Positions 29,866 to 37,587 are shown, counted from the stretch's first letter. The stretch is DNA of 64,000 nt from Candidatus Caldarchaeum sp. (GCA_033580815.1 JAVQUC010000003.1:31292-95291), one strand, 5' to 3'. Notes: a model not told the origin generated them from the sequence alone. Numbers and translations are program-made.

Positions 29866-30138
29866 ATGACCGAAGAAATCAGCACAATTCTAAGGAAGGT
29901 CGACGGAAAAAAATACGTCCTCGACGCAAGAGGCTATTCTTGCCCCTACCCACAGCTTTTTCTGGCAAGAGCCATCAAAACCCTCGAGAAGGATGCCCTG
30001 ATCGAAATACTGACCGACAACCCGCCCTCATTAGAAACACTTCCCAGGTCTATCAAAAACAACAAACAACAGTATCTCGGAACCGAATCAGTAGCACCGG
30101 GCGTTTGGAAGATCGTTGCAAAGAAAATCACGGAATGA
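29866..30138 (+). CDS. tusA: TusA/SirA-like sulfurtransferase
   Basis: 90 aa. Motif LDARGYSCPYPQL (CPxP). Divergent from YeeE. Confidence 0.8.
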   Translation: MTEEISTILRKVDGKKYVLDARGYSCPYPQLFLARAIKTLEKDALIEILTDNPPSLETLPRSIKNNKQQYLGTESVAPGVWKIVAKKITE

Positions 30139-30140
30139 GG

Positions 30141-31196
30141 TCAGGGCAGCGTTAACGATCCCCTGATGACTGAAACGTCTGAAACACCCTCTTCTATGTA
30201 TTTGGCTATTGTGGCCAAGTTTCTCACCTCGTTCTCCTTCAATACGAGATAAGCGACCAGAACAGTTTGGCGGAAGGGGGTCTTGTAAAAGCTTTGGCTG
30301 GCCCAACGGAGCTTGTATCTTTTAGCTGATTCCTCCAAGTTGAACAAAATTTTGGAGAAGTTTGTTTCGTTCCTGATTCGGGCGAAGACCTCGTTTTCTG
30401 GAAGCTTTTCCAACGCCTTTCTAACGTCCTCGGCTTCGACCAAACCGGAGAGAAAATCAGTCTCGAGAGTAACCATTGCAGACGGTAAAAAGTTCCTAAC
30501 CTGGTTTGGAGTTACTCCCCAGAACTTTGCCCTCAGAGCCGTAGTTAAAGCTTTGACGTCTATTTCGATGAACATGAAAAACTGGAGAAGCTTTCTTTCG
30601 GCCCTCGCTGTTTTCTTGAACGCCGTGTAGAGGCCTTCCAGATACGTTTTGTCGATCATAGCATCTATGGCTGAAAAGTCGCGTCTTTCATTCCAGATGT
30701 CCAAAGCTGTTTTTACTGTTGCCGCCAATGGCGTTTCAAGATATTCGGCCAGAAATTCTGACAGCTCCTTAGCGTTCAACGCTTTCAAAGTTTGGTCCCT
30801 TATCCCTAGCAAGGTTTCGGGGTAAAGGTCTATGTTTTTGAGGATTTCTTCGGATGATTTGCCCATAGCCTTTGATTTGAGCACTGTCTTGATGTTGAAA
30901 TGGATGTAACGCATGAAGAGTTGCTGTAGCAAACCCGGGTTCAACGATGTTTCGATAAGCCTGAAATGGGTGTCGACGAGGCTTTTCCACAATGCTCTTT
31001 CAACTCCCGCTGAAGTGTAGGGTTTCTGGAGTTGGGAAAGAAAAGGCCCATAGTTAGTAGGCCTTAGTATGTCGACAAAGTCCCCGAGGTTCTTGACGTA
31101 GGCAAGTTCTTCGAGCGCTGAAGGGCTAAGCAAATAAGACCTTAGCCCATAAGCTTTTGTTACAGCGTAGACAGGGTCTCCTCTAATCGTCACCAA
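30141..31196 (-). CDS. atpC: A/V-type ATP synthase subunit C (AC39/d-like)
   Basis: 351 aa, all-helical. The pattern YAVTKAYGLRSYLLS..LEELAYVKNLGDFVDILRPTNYG..VERALWKSL..FMRYIHFNIKTVLKSK matches the subunit C family. Confidence 0.75.
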   Translation of the reverse strand: MVTIRGDPVYAVTKAYGLRSYLLSPSALEELAYVKNLGDFVDILRPTNYGPFLSQLQKPYTSAGVERALWKSLVDTHFRLIETSLNPGLLQQLFMRYIHFNIKTVLKSKAMGKSSEEILKNIDLYPETLLGIRDQTLKALNAKELSEFLAEYLETPLAATVKTALDIWNERRDFSAIDAMIDKTYLEGLYTAFKKTARAERKLLQFFMFIEIDVKALTTALRAKFWGVTPNQVRNFLPSAMVTLETDFLSGLVEAEDVRKALEKLPENEVFARIRNETNFSKILFNLEESAKRYKLRWASQSFYKTPFRQTVLVAYLVLKENEVRNLATIAKYIEEGVSDVSVIRGSLTLP

Positions 31197-31216
31197 AACA
31201 GCATGCCTCCGAAAAC

Positions 31217-31543
31217 CTACCCGCGACCGAGAACAGCTTTTGACACCAATTCCTCAGCGCGTGTCCTGACCTTTTCAGCTTTCTCACGAACTTTTTCAAC
31301 GGCTAGTAGGCCTTCGGCCATCATCTTCTTCGCCTCCTCCTCGGCTCTCGCAACTTCCTCAGCGTAGACCCGGCTCTCCCACGCTCTCGCCTCCTCGAGA
31401 ATGAGTTGACGTTTCTTTTCAGCTTCGCGTGCAGCTATTTCAACCAAAGCCCGCTTCATAGCAGCCGCCGCTTGCTGGATTTCATCGACTTTTTTCTCGA
31501 CTTCGCGAAGCTCATTGAAGACTTTCTCCAGTTCTTCGGCCAC
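31217..31543 (-). CDS. atpH: A/V-type ATP synthase subunit H-like coiled-coil protein
   Basis: 108 aa. Highly charged E/K/A-rich single long helix, lying immediately upstream of atpC. Confidence 0.5.
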   Translation of the reverse strand: MAEELEKVFNELREVEKKVDEIQQAAAAMKRALVEIAAREAEKKRQLILEEARAWESRVYAEEVARAEEEAKKMMAEGLLAVEKVREKAEKVRTRAEELVSKAVLGRG

Positions 31544-31588
31544 GTCATCCCGTGTTGGAACCTGGTAATAACCTTAATTTTCCACGAA

Positions 31589-31888
31589 ATGGATGAAAAC
31601 GTGATGTCGGGGCTCGCTGAGAAGGTTCGGAGCGAATTGGCGAAGCTTAAAGACCCGGTCTCAAACGTTCCGTTGCTTTTCGTCGACGCAGAAATCGACG
31701 TACAGGAATCGAGCTCTGGTGATATTTACATCGTCTACATCCCTAAAAACCCCTATTCACCACACATCATCACCAACGCAGAAGCTGTCAAAAGCATAGC
31801 CTCGAAAATCGCGGGTCAGAGAAGAGTTGTCGTTGAGGTTCGAAACCATGTTATGGCAGACTTTCTGAACATGAAATTGAACGGCTGA
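31589..31888 (+). CDS. Small DUF59/MIP18-like protein (conserved Cys replaced)
   Basis: The ORF track starts at 31406, antisense to atpH. ATG 31589 gives 99 aa. The pattern VRSELAKLKDPVSNVPLL..IDVQ..GDIYIVYIP..YSP..I resembles DUF59, but Tyr replaces the usual Cys-Pro cysteine. Confidence 0.4.
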   Translation: MDENVMSGLAEKVRSELAKLKDPVSNVPLLFVDAEIDVQESSSGDIYIVYIPKNPYSPHIITNAEAVKSIASKIAGQRRVVVEVRNHVMADFLNMKLNG

Positions 31889-31930
31889 TTTCGTTTGATT
31901 CAACTTTTTAACCAAGCGAACGCGTAAGTA

Positions 31931-33124
31931 ATGCGAATGAACAAAAACTATTTCGGTGAAAGGACCGTTCTCATGATTCCTGGCCCCACGGAGCTTCATC
32001 CAGCGGTTCAAAGAATTCTTTCGACACCGATAATGGCTCATTACGGCCCAGAATGGGCGCCGATCTATAATGAGGCGCTCAAAGCCGCCGCTGCCATTTT
32101 CAAGACAAAATCGGAGGTTTTCATGATGCCGACGCCGGGAACCGTCGCGTTGGAAACTGGCGTGAACAGCTTAGTTGAGCCAGGAGAGAAGGTGGTGGCC
32201 ATGGTGAACGGCTTCTTCAGCGAAAGGCTGGCCGAAATCGCTTCTCACATCGGCGCAGATACGATACGTGTGGAAGCCGAGTACGGTCAAATCGTGGACC
32301 CAGCAGCTCTCGAAGACGCACTCAATAAACATCGAGATACCAAAGCCGTTCTGGCTGTTCAAAACGAGACCTCTACTGGCGTCTTGAACCCAATACCGGA
32401 TTACGCAAAAATTGTATCACGCTATGGAGCGTTATTCATAGTCGACGCCATTTCCTCCTATGGGGGTGTTGAGATGGAGTTCGACGGTTGGGGATTGGAC
32501 TTTTGTGTTGGGTATGCGAACAAATGCCTAGGCAGCATACCTGGAACTGTGCCAGTAGCTGTGAGCGAGAAGGCCTGGGAAGCTTTTCGAAGAAGAAAAA
32601 CTAAGCCAAGGTCTTTCTTCACAAACCTTGGGGTTTGGCGATACTACATAGATGAATGGGGGCCGATCGGTCACCCCTACCCGACGACCATAAGTCCTCA
32701 CGCGGTTCTCTGTTTCAAGGCCGCGGCGGAGGCGGCGTTGGAAGAAGGCCTCGAAAACCGTTATAGGAGACATCTGCAAATCGGCGCGGCCTTCCGTAGG
32801 GCCGTGCGGGCTATGGGGTTAGAAACTCTGCCAAACGAAAGGGATGCGTCGCCAGTAGTCACCGCCATCAGTTTGCCATCTTCGCTCTGGAAAGACGGTG
32901 GCAGAGTCAACCAGATAATGTTGCAGAAACATCGAATAATGATCGGCGGCGGGTTGGCTAAGCTTCATGGAAAAATTATCAGGGTCGGACACATGTGTGT
33001 TACGGCGAGCACCCGCTACATCGTTCCAACTTTAGCGGCCTTGAGGGACACTTTCGAAGAGCTTGGACTCAGCCTCAACGACGGTGTCGAAACTTTCATC
33101 AAGACAGTGCCAAAAGACCATTAA
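31931..33124 (+). CDS. Class V aminotransferase (serine-glyoxylate/alanine-glyoxylate/phosphoserine type)
   Basis: 397 aa. MIPGPTELHP.., QNETSTGVLNP, DAISSYGG, and the probable PLP-Lys context GYANKCLGS. Confidence 0.85.
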   Translation: MRMNKNYFGERTVLMIPGPTELHPAVQRILSTPIMAHYGPEWAPIYNEALKAAAAIFKTKSEVFMMPTPGTVALETGVNSLVEPGEKVVAMVNGFFSERLAEIASHIGADTIRVEAEYGQIVDPAALEDALNKHRDTKAVLAVQNETSTGVLNPIPDYAKIVSRYGALFIVDAISSYGGVEMEFDGWGLDFCVGYANKCLGSIPGTVPVAVSEKAWEAFRRRKTKPRSFFTNLGVWRYYIDEWGPIGHPYPTTISPHAVLCFKAAAEAALEEGLENRYRRHLQIGAAFRRAVRAMGLETLPNERDASPVVTAISLPSSLWKDGGRVNQIMLQKHRIMIGGGLAKLHGKIIRVGHMCVTASTRYIVPTLAALRDTFEELGLSLNDGVETFIKTVPKDH

Positions 33125-33154
33125 GCTTTTATCATACAGTGGATAGGAAACGCC

Positions 33155-33799
33155 GTGCCAATACTAAACGAGCGGGATAAAAGGGCTGTTCGAAGCAGGC
33201 TTCAAGGCAACCTTGAAAATCCAGTGATCATGCGTGTCTTCACCCAAGAATTTGAGTGCCAATACTGCGCCGACCTCAGAACGCTAGCCGAAGAGCTCTC
33301 TGAGCTCGGGGACGGAAAGCTGAAACTTGAGGTCTACGACCTTGAAAAACACGGAGAACTCGCCATGAAATGGAAGGTCGACAAAATCCCAGCTTTACTT
33401 CTTCACGGCTCAAAGGAATACAAGGTACGCTTCTTCGGCCTCCCGGCTGGCTACGAGTTCGCGGCTCTGTTGGACGACTTGATCGATGTCAGCAGAGGGG
33501 TTTCGCGACTTTCTCCCCTTGTAAGGGATAGGGTGAAACAGGTTGACAGGCCGGTGCACATCCAAGTTTTCGTCACGCCGACATGTCCCTACTGTCCAAG
33601 GGCTGTGAGGACAGCTCATCAGATGGCCATCGAAAATGATTTGATAACGGCCGACATGATAGAAGCGATAGAGTTTCCCCATCTCGCGAACAAATATAAC
33701 GTCATGGCGGTTCCGAAAATTGTGATAAACGACAAAATCGCGTTCGAAGGTGCGTTACCCGACATCCATTTCCTTGAACATGTTTTGATGGCTGTATAG
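33155..33799 (+). CDS. Protein disulfide oxidoreductase (two-thioredoxin-fold, glutaredoxin-like, PDO type)
   Basis: 214 aa with two CxxC sites, CQYC and CPYC, one per half, as in archaeal PDO proteins. Confidence 0.8.
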   Translation: MPILNERDKRAVRSRLQGNLENPVIMRVFTQEFECQYCADLRTLAEELSELGDGKLKLEVYDLEKHGELAMKWKVDKIPALLLHGSKEYKVRFFGLPAGYEFAALLDDLIDVSRGVSRLSPLVRDRVKQVDRPVHIQVFVTPTCPYCPRAVRTAHQMAIENDLITADMIEAIEFPHLANKYNVMAVPKIVINDKIAFEGALPDIHFLEHVLMAV

Positions 33800-33829
33800 C
33801 TGAAAACCGTTAAAAACAAGCCAGCTGCG

Positions 33830-34747
33830 GTGTGGCCAGGCTTGAAAGCGGTTTGGATGGATGGAGAAATAGTTCCGTGGGAACAGGCGAAAATCCATGT
33901 TTCGGTCAACGCGCTTCACTACGGAACGGCCGTCTTCGAGGGAATCCGCGGATATTACCATGACGACGAAATCTACATCTTCAGGCTCCGGGAACATCTT
34001 CGAAGGCTCGTGGATTCGGCGAAAATAGTCATGCTGAAAAACCCATACACAGTCGAGCAACTCTTCGAATCCGTCTTACAAACCGTCCGTCAAAACGGTT
34101 ATAAAACCAACATATACATCAGACCCATCATTTACGCGGGTGAAAACATAATGTCACTAAACGCTGTCGAGCTTCCCGTACGCGCGGCAGTTTTGGTGTT
34201 TCCGCTTGAGAAGTTCTTCTCTAAGCAAGGTTTGAGAGTCTGCGTTTCATCTTGGCGTAGGTTGCCAGATTCTTCTATGCCCCCCAGAGCTAAGGCCTCG
34301 GCGAACTATCTGAATTCGATACTTGCTTCGACCGAGGCGCGTCAACAAGGATATGATGAGGCAGTTCTGCTCGACCAAGCTGGCTACGTAAGCGAAGGCG
34401 CTGGTGAGAACATCTTCCTCGTGAAGAACGAGATTCTCATCACACCCCCCGCCAGCTCCTCCATTCTCGAAGGCATAACACGTGATACGGTCATCAAACT
34501 ATCCACGGACATGGAGTATAGGGTGGTTGAAAGGCTGATATCAAGAACTGAGCTGTACACGGCTGACGAGCTGTTTTTCACAGGCACCGCCGCTGAAATA
34601 ACTCCTATAGTCGAAGTCGATGGAAGGAAAATCGGTGACGGGCTACCGGGACCCATCACGCAGAAGCTGGCTGAGAAGTATTACAGAGTGGTAAGAGGAT
34701 TGGAGCCGAACTACAGAAAATGGCTCACTCCTGTGTATGGCAGGTGA
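33830..34747 (+). CDS. ilvE: Branched-chain amino acid aminotransferase
   Basis: 305 aa. Fold-type IV motifs: GTAVFEGIRGY, EGAGENIF, ILEGITRD, FFTGTAAEITPI. Confidence 0.9.
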   Translation: MWPGLKAVWMDGEIVPWEQAKIHVSVNALHYGTAVFEGIRGYYHDDEIYIFRLREHLRRLVDSAKIVMLKNPYTVEQLFESVLQTVRQNGYKTNIYIRPIIYAGENIMSLNAVELPVRAAVLVFPLEKFFSKQGLRVCVSSWRRLPDSSMPPRAKASANYLNSILASTEARQQGYDEAVLLDQAGYVSEGAGENIFLVKNEILITPPASSSILEGITRDTVIKLSTDMEYRVVERLISRTELYTADELFFTGTAAEITPIVEVDGRKIGDGLPGPITQKLAEKYYRVVRGLEPNYRKWLTPVYGR

Positions 34748-34750
34748 CAG

Positions 34751-35080
34751 GTGGTTTTCTTGAAATGCGAGGTCTGCGGCGAACCAATCCCGTATGTTTT
34801 GCTGCGTCTAGACCTGCCTAGATGTCCGAAAGGCCACGAACTGGGTGTCTGGGTTGCGTGCGGCAATTCCGATGAAAGCCACGTTTACTTGCGCAAGGGC
34901 CTGGCGAGATGCCCTTACTGTGGAAACGATTCGTATCGTTTGATGTCGAAAGGCATGAGAGTTAAGTGTCTTCACACCGGACCCGCCGGCCCATGTGCTT
35001 ATCCTGATTATGTTTGGCTTGAAGACGGCCCGCCATGCCACCTAAACCATTTAACTAAGATAGCGGTAGTCAAACAGTAG
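34751..35080 (+). CDS. Cys-rich zinc-ribbon protein, function unknown
   Basis: 109 aa. CEVCG..CPKGH and CPYCG plus further Cys/His. It sits between ilvE (3 nt intervening) and sua5 (1 nt intervening). Confidence 0.5.
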   Translation: MVFLKCEVCGEPIPYVLLRLDLPRCPKGHELGVWVACGNSDESHVYLRKGLARCPYCGNDSYRLMSKGMRVKCLHTGPAGPCAYPDYVWLEDGPPCHLNHLTKIAVVKQ

Positions 35081-35081
35081 C

Positions 35082-35681
35082 TTGAGGAGGATTGAACAAA
35101 TCGCTGAAGCCGTGAAGGCCGTTTTGAAAGGAGGCGTCGTGGTTTACCCGACTGACACTGTTTACGGAATCGGATGCGACCCATTCGACACTAACGCAGT
35201 TCAGCGCGTAATCGAAATAAAGAAGAGGGAGGCAAAGCCGATGCCGGTGCTCTTGTCCAACATTGACATGCTCTACGCGGTGGCCGAGCCAACATCCGAG
35301 GAAATCGAAGCGGCCTTCAAGCTTTGGCCGGGTCCCGTAACCATCTTGATGAAGAAAAGCCCAAACCTCCCGGGAATAGTCACGGCCGGCGAAGAAACTG
35401 TGGGAGTTAGAATACCAGCACACCTCATACCGTTAACTATCATGGAAAGAACCGGGAAGCCGCTCGTCGGAACGAGCGCCAACATCTCGGGCCAACCATC
35501 CGCAACAGAGCTCGATCAAATAGAGCCGGCTGTCTTGTCTAACGCAGATGTTGCAATCGACGGCGGCCCCACTTTCTTCGGCGCACCATCGACAGTGATA
35601 AGAATCCACGGAGACGGGTTCACGGTCTTGAGAGAGGGCGCGATGAATTCAGATTCAATCGCGAAAAGGCTCAGACTCTAG
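35082..35681 (+). CDS. tsaC: L-threonylcarbamoyladenylate synthase, YrdC-domain-only form (Sua5/TsaC)
   Basis: 199 aa. VVYPTDTVYGIGCDP, KKREAKPMPVLL, GPVTIL, VGVRIP, GTSANISGQP. No C-terminal Sua5 domain. Confidence 0.85.
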   Translation: MRRIEQIAEAVKAVLKGGVVVYPTDTVYGIGCDPFDTNAVQRVIEIKKREAKPMPVLLSNIDMLYAVAEPTSEEIEAAFKLWPGPVTILMKKSPNLPGIVTAGEETVGVRIPAHLIPLTIMERTGKPLVGTSANISGQPSATELDQIEPAVLSNADVAIDGGPTFFGAPSTVIRIHGDGFTVLREGAMNSDSIAKRLRL

Positions 35682-36223
35682 ATCATCGTGGCGCTCATTT
35701 TCTGTATGATAAGTAGCTTGACAGCTTCCTTCTCGGTTTTGGCTTGAACCGCAGCTAACTGCTCCCGTTCGATACCGTAGGCTTCGACAATTTTCTCAAT
35801 ATCTGGATTTTCGTCTAGTCCTCTCTCGACCCCTCCCGCGGCCTCGACGATTTTCCTTGCCATGGCAACCGCATCCTCCGGATTGTCTGCGACCACTACA
35901 TACAAGGCTTCTCTGGAGTTCGGGGGGAGGCCGGCTTTCGCAATCGCATCGTCTATTTGAGTTGTAGCCGCGAGGCGGAGCAAAACTTCATTTGCCAGCG
36001 TCTTGGCTTTCTGCTTCTGACTTCCGAAAGCGAGCATGGCTGTAACGATGGCGGCGTCGAAAACGTCCCAATCCATGACTATTTCGGGTTTAACCAGCTG
36101 GACGTTCTTAAAACCAGCGAAAACCTCCTCCACAAACTCTTTCGCAGTAGTCTTTACTATTTCAACAACACCAGTCGCGAAAAACATCCCCCGAAACTCC
36201 AGCAGCCTCATTTTATCCACCAT
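35678..36223 (-). CDS. cgi121: KEOPS complex subunit Cgi121-like
   Basis: 181 aa. By-eye match to the archaeal Cgi121 pattern (NVQLVKPEIV.., AKTLANEVLLRLAATTQIDDAI, YVVV, IVEAYGI, C-terminal helix). The start lies 11 nt inside the upstream Ubl gene. Confidence 0.6.
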   Translation of the reverse strand: MVDKMRLLEFRGMFFATGVVEIVKTTAKEFVEEVFAGFKNVQLVKPEIVMDWDVFDAAIVTAMLAFGSQKQKAKTLANEVLLRLAATTQIDDAIAKAGLPPNSREALYVVVADNPEDAVAMARKIVEAAGGVERGLDENPDIEKIVEAYGIEREQLAAVQAKTEKEAVKLLIIQKMSATMI

Positions 36224-36485
36224 GAATAGACGGTATTAGGGTTACTGTGTCGCCGTCCTCGATCTCGGTTTCGAGCCAGGAGAGATAACGTACATCAACA
36301 CCGTTGACGAGAATTAAAACCCCTGGCTGCGGCTTCCCCAAGTCGTCCACCACAAACCTTCTGAGGCCTTCATCAAGCCTGTTAAGCAGTTCAGACAACC
36401 TAATCCTACCTTCAACATCCAGTTCGACAAATCTCTTTCCGGCAACAGACCGAAGCGGTCCGAGTAACTCGACTCTCACCAACAC
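36213..36485 (-). CDS. MoaD/ThiS/SAMP-type ubiquitin-like protein with C-terminal diglycine
   Basis: The ORF track starts at GTG 36533. GTG 36485 or 36479 fits the family N-terminus (VRVELLGPLRSVAGKR) and the upstream TATA. The protein ends DGDTVTLIPSIHGG-stop, which is typical of beta-grasp sulfur carriers and modifiers. Confidence 0.7.
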   Translation of the reverse strand: MLVRVELLGPLRSVAGKRFVELDVEGRIRLSELLNRLDEGLRRFVVDDLGKPQPGVLILVNGVDVRYLSWLETEIEDGDTVTLIPSIHGG

Positions 36486-36502
36486 ACAGAAAACGTTTTG
36501 TC

Positions 36503-36543
36503 TAAAAAATATTTGCAAACCGTTCGACGGCACAATTTTATAT
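36503..36543. promoter_or_regulatory. Back-to-back TATA-like boxes of the divergent Ubl and HEAT-protein genes
   Basis: On the minus strand, AAATATTTTTTA (36503-36514) lies 24-30 nt upstream of GTG 36485/36479. On the plus strand, TTTTATAT (36536-36543) lies about 25 nt upstream of ATG 36565. Both genes would be leaderless. Confidence 0.45.
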
Positions 36544-36564
36544 CAGAGTCTGTTTGGTTTATTG

Positions 36565-37068
36565 ATGCAGATTCCCGGGGAAAGGATAAGAATCTTCTTC
36601 GAAATGGAGGGAAAATACAGGGAGAAGGATGCCGAATATTTTCGAAGACTCTTAACCAGCAGCGATTTCGTTGTACGTGCGAGGGCGACTTGCATCCTTG
36701 CGGAGATCGGCGGCCGCGAATACATCCCTGACCTCGCCCGCGTACTACTCGAAGACGATAACCCAATCGTGAGACATGAAGCAGCGTACAGCCTTGGACA
36801 ACTTGGTTACAGAGAGGCGATTCCCTACCTCGTCCAGTCTATGAAAACCGACCCACATCCGATAGTCAGACACGAGTCGGCCATAGCTCTCGGAGTCATA
36901 GGGAAAGAGGAGCCTGTTCCAGAGCTTATCCAAGCACTTGAAGACCCTTCACAGGAGGTGGTCGATTCAGCAATCATTGCGCTCAGTAACATCGAATTCT
37001 GCAAAAGACTGTTCAGCGCATCAACTGACGAAACGTCATTGGAGTTCGCTAGGAAAACGGGTGGATAA
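36565..37068 (+). CDS. HEAT-repeat protein resembling one half of deoxyhypusine hydroxylase (two His-Glu repeats)
   Basis: The ORF track starts at 36304, antisense to the Ubl gene. ATG 36565 gives 167 aa with four HEAT-like repeats. Repeats 2 and 3 are NPIVRHEAAYSLGQLGYREAIPYLV and HPIVRHESAIALGVIGKEEPVPELI. See findings. Confidence 0.65.
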   Translation: MQIPGERIRIFFEMEGKYREKDAEYFRRLLTSSDFVVRARATCILAEIGGREYIPDLARVLLEDDNPIVRHEAAYSLGQLGYREAIPYLVQSMKTDPHPIVRHESAIALGVIGKEEPVPELIQALEDPSQEVVDSAIIALSNIEFCKRLFSASTDETSLEFARKTGG

Positions 37069-37090
37069 GTAACGTGGAGAGACCAATAGC

Positions 37091-37098
37091 TATAAAAA
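37091..37098 (+). promoter_or_regulatory. TATA-like box of the molybdoenzyme operon
   Basis: TATAAAAA is centred about 28 nt upstream of ATG 37123. Confidence 0.4.
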
Positions 37099-37122
37099 CA
37101 TCATGCCGCGAAAATCCTTGAA

Positions 37123-37587
37123 ATGGTAAATCGTGTTATGAGGGAGTTCAGCTTTATCCTCAACGGTCAACCAGTTAAGATATCTTCGCCTCCCGGCTAT
37201 ACGCTGCTGGAGGTGTTGCGATACGTTCTCCGTTTAACCGGGACGAAAGACGGTTGCAGTAGCGGTGATTGTGGAGCATGCACTGTGCTGCTCGACGGCC
37301 GGCCGGTACATTCATGTCTCACGCTGATTTCGCAAGTTGAGGGCAGAAACGTGGTTACCGTCGAAGGTGTCGACGAAATATTTCCAAGGTCTTACGCTGA
37401 AGAAGGGGCGGTTCAGTGTGGATACTGTATACCCGGATTCGTTGTCACAACAGCGGCCTTCCTAAGGGAGAAGCCGACTCCCACGGTTGATGAAATCAGG
37501 GAAGCGTTGAGGGGGAACCTCTGCCGCTGCACTGGATATGTCAAAATCATCAAAGCTGTTCAGAAATCAGCGGGTGAAATGCGTTGA
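37123..37587 (+). CDS. Xanthine dehydrogenase/CO dehydrogenase family, small [2Fe-2S] subunit
   Basis: 154 aa. Plant-type cluster CSSGDCGACTV and second cluster QCGYCIPGF..CRCTGY. Confidence 0.9.
   Translation: MVNRVMREFSFILNGQPVKISSPPGYTLLEVLRYVLRLTGTKDGCSSGDCGACTVLLDGRPVHSCLTLISQVEGRNVVTVEGVDEIFPRSYAEEGAVQCGYCIPGFVVTTAAFLREKPTPTVDEIREALRGNLCRCTGYVKIIKAVQKSAGEMR

Noticed and set aside
36304-36564. N-terminal 87 aa of track ORF 36304..37068 (Ser/Thr/Leu-rich)
   Set aside because: It runs antisense to the MoaD/ThiS-like gene and through the divergent promoter. The HEAT repeats begin only after ATG 36565, which has a TATA-like box 25 nt upstream.
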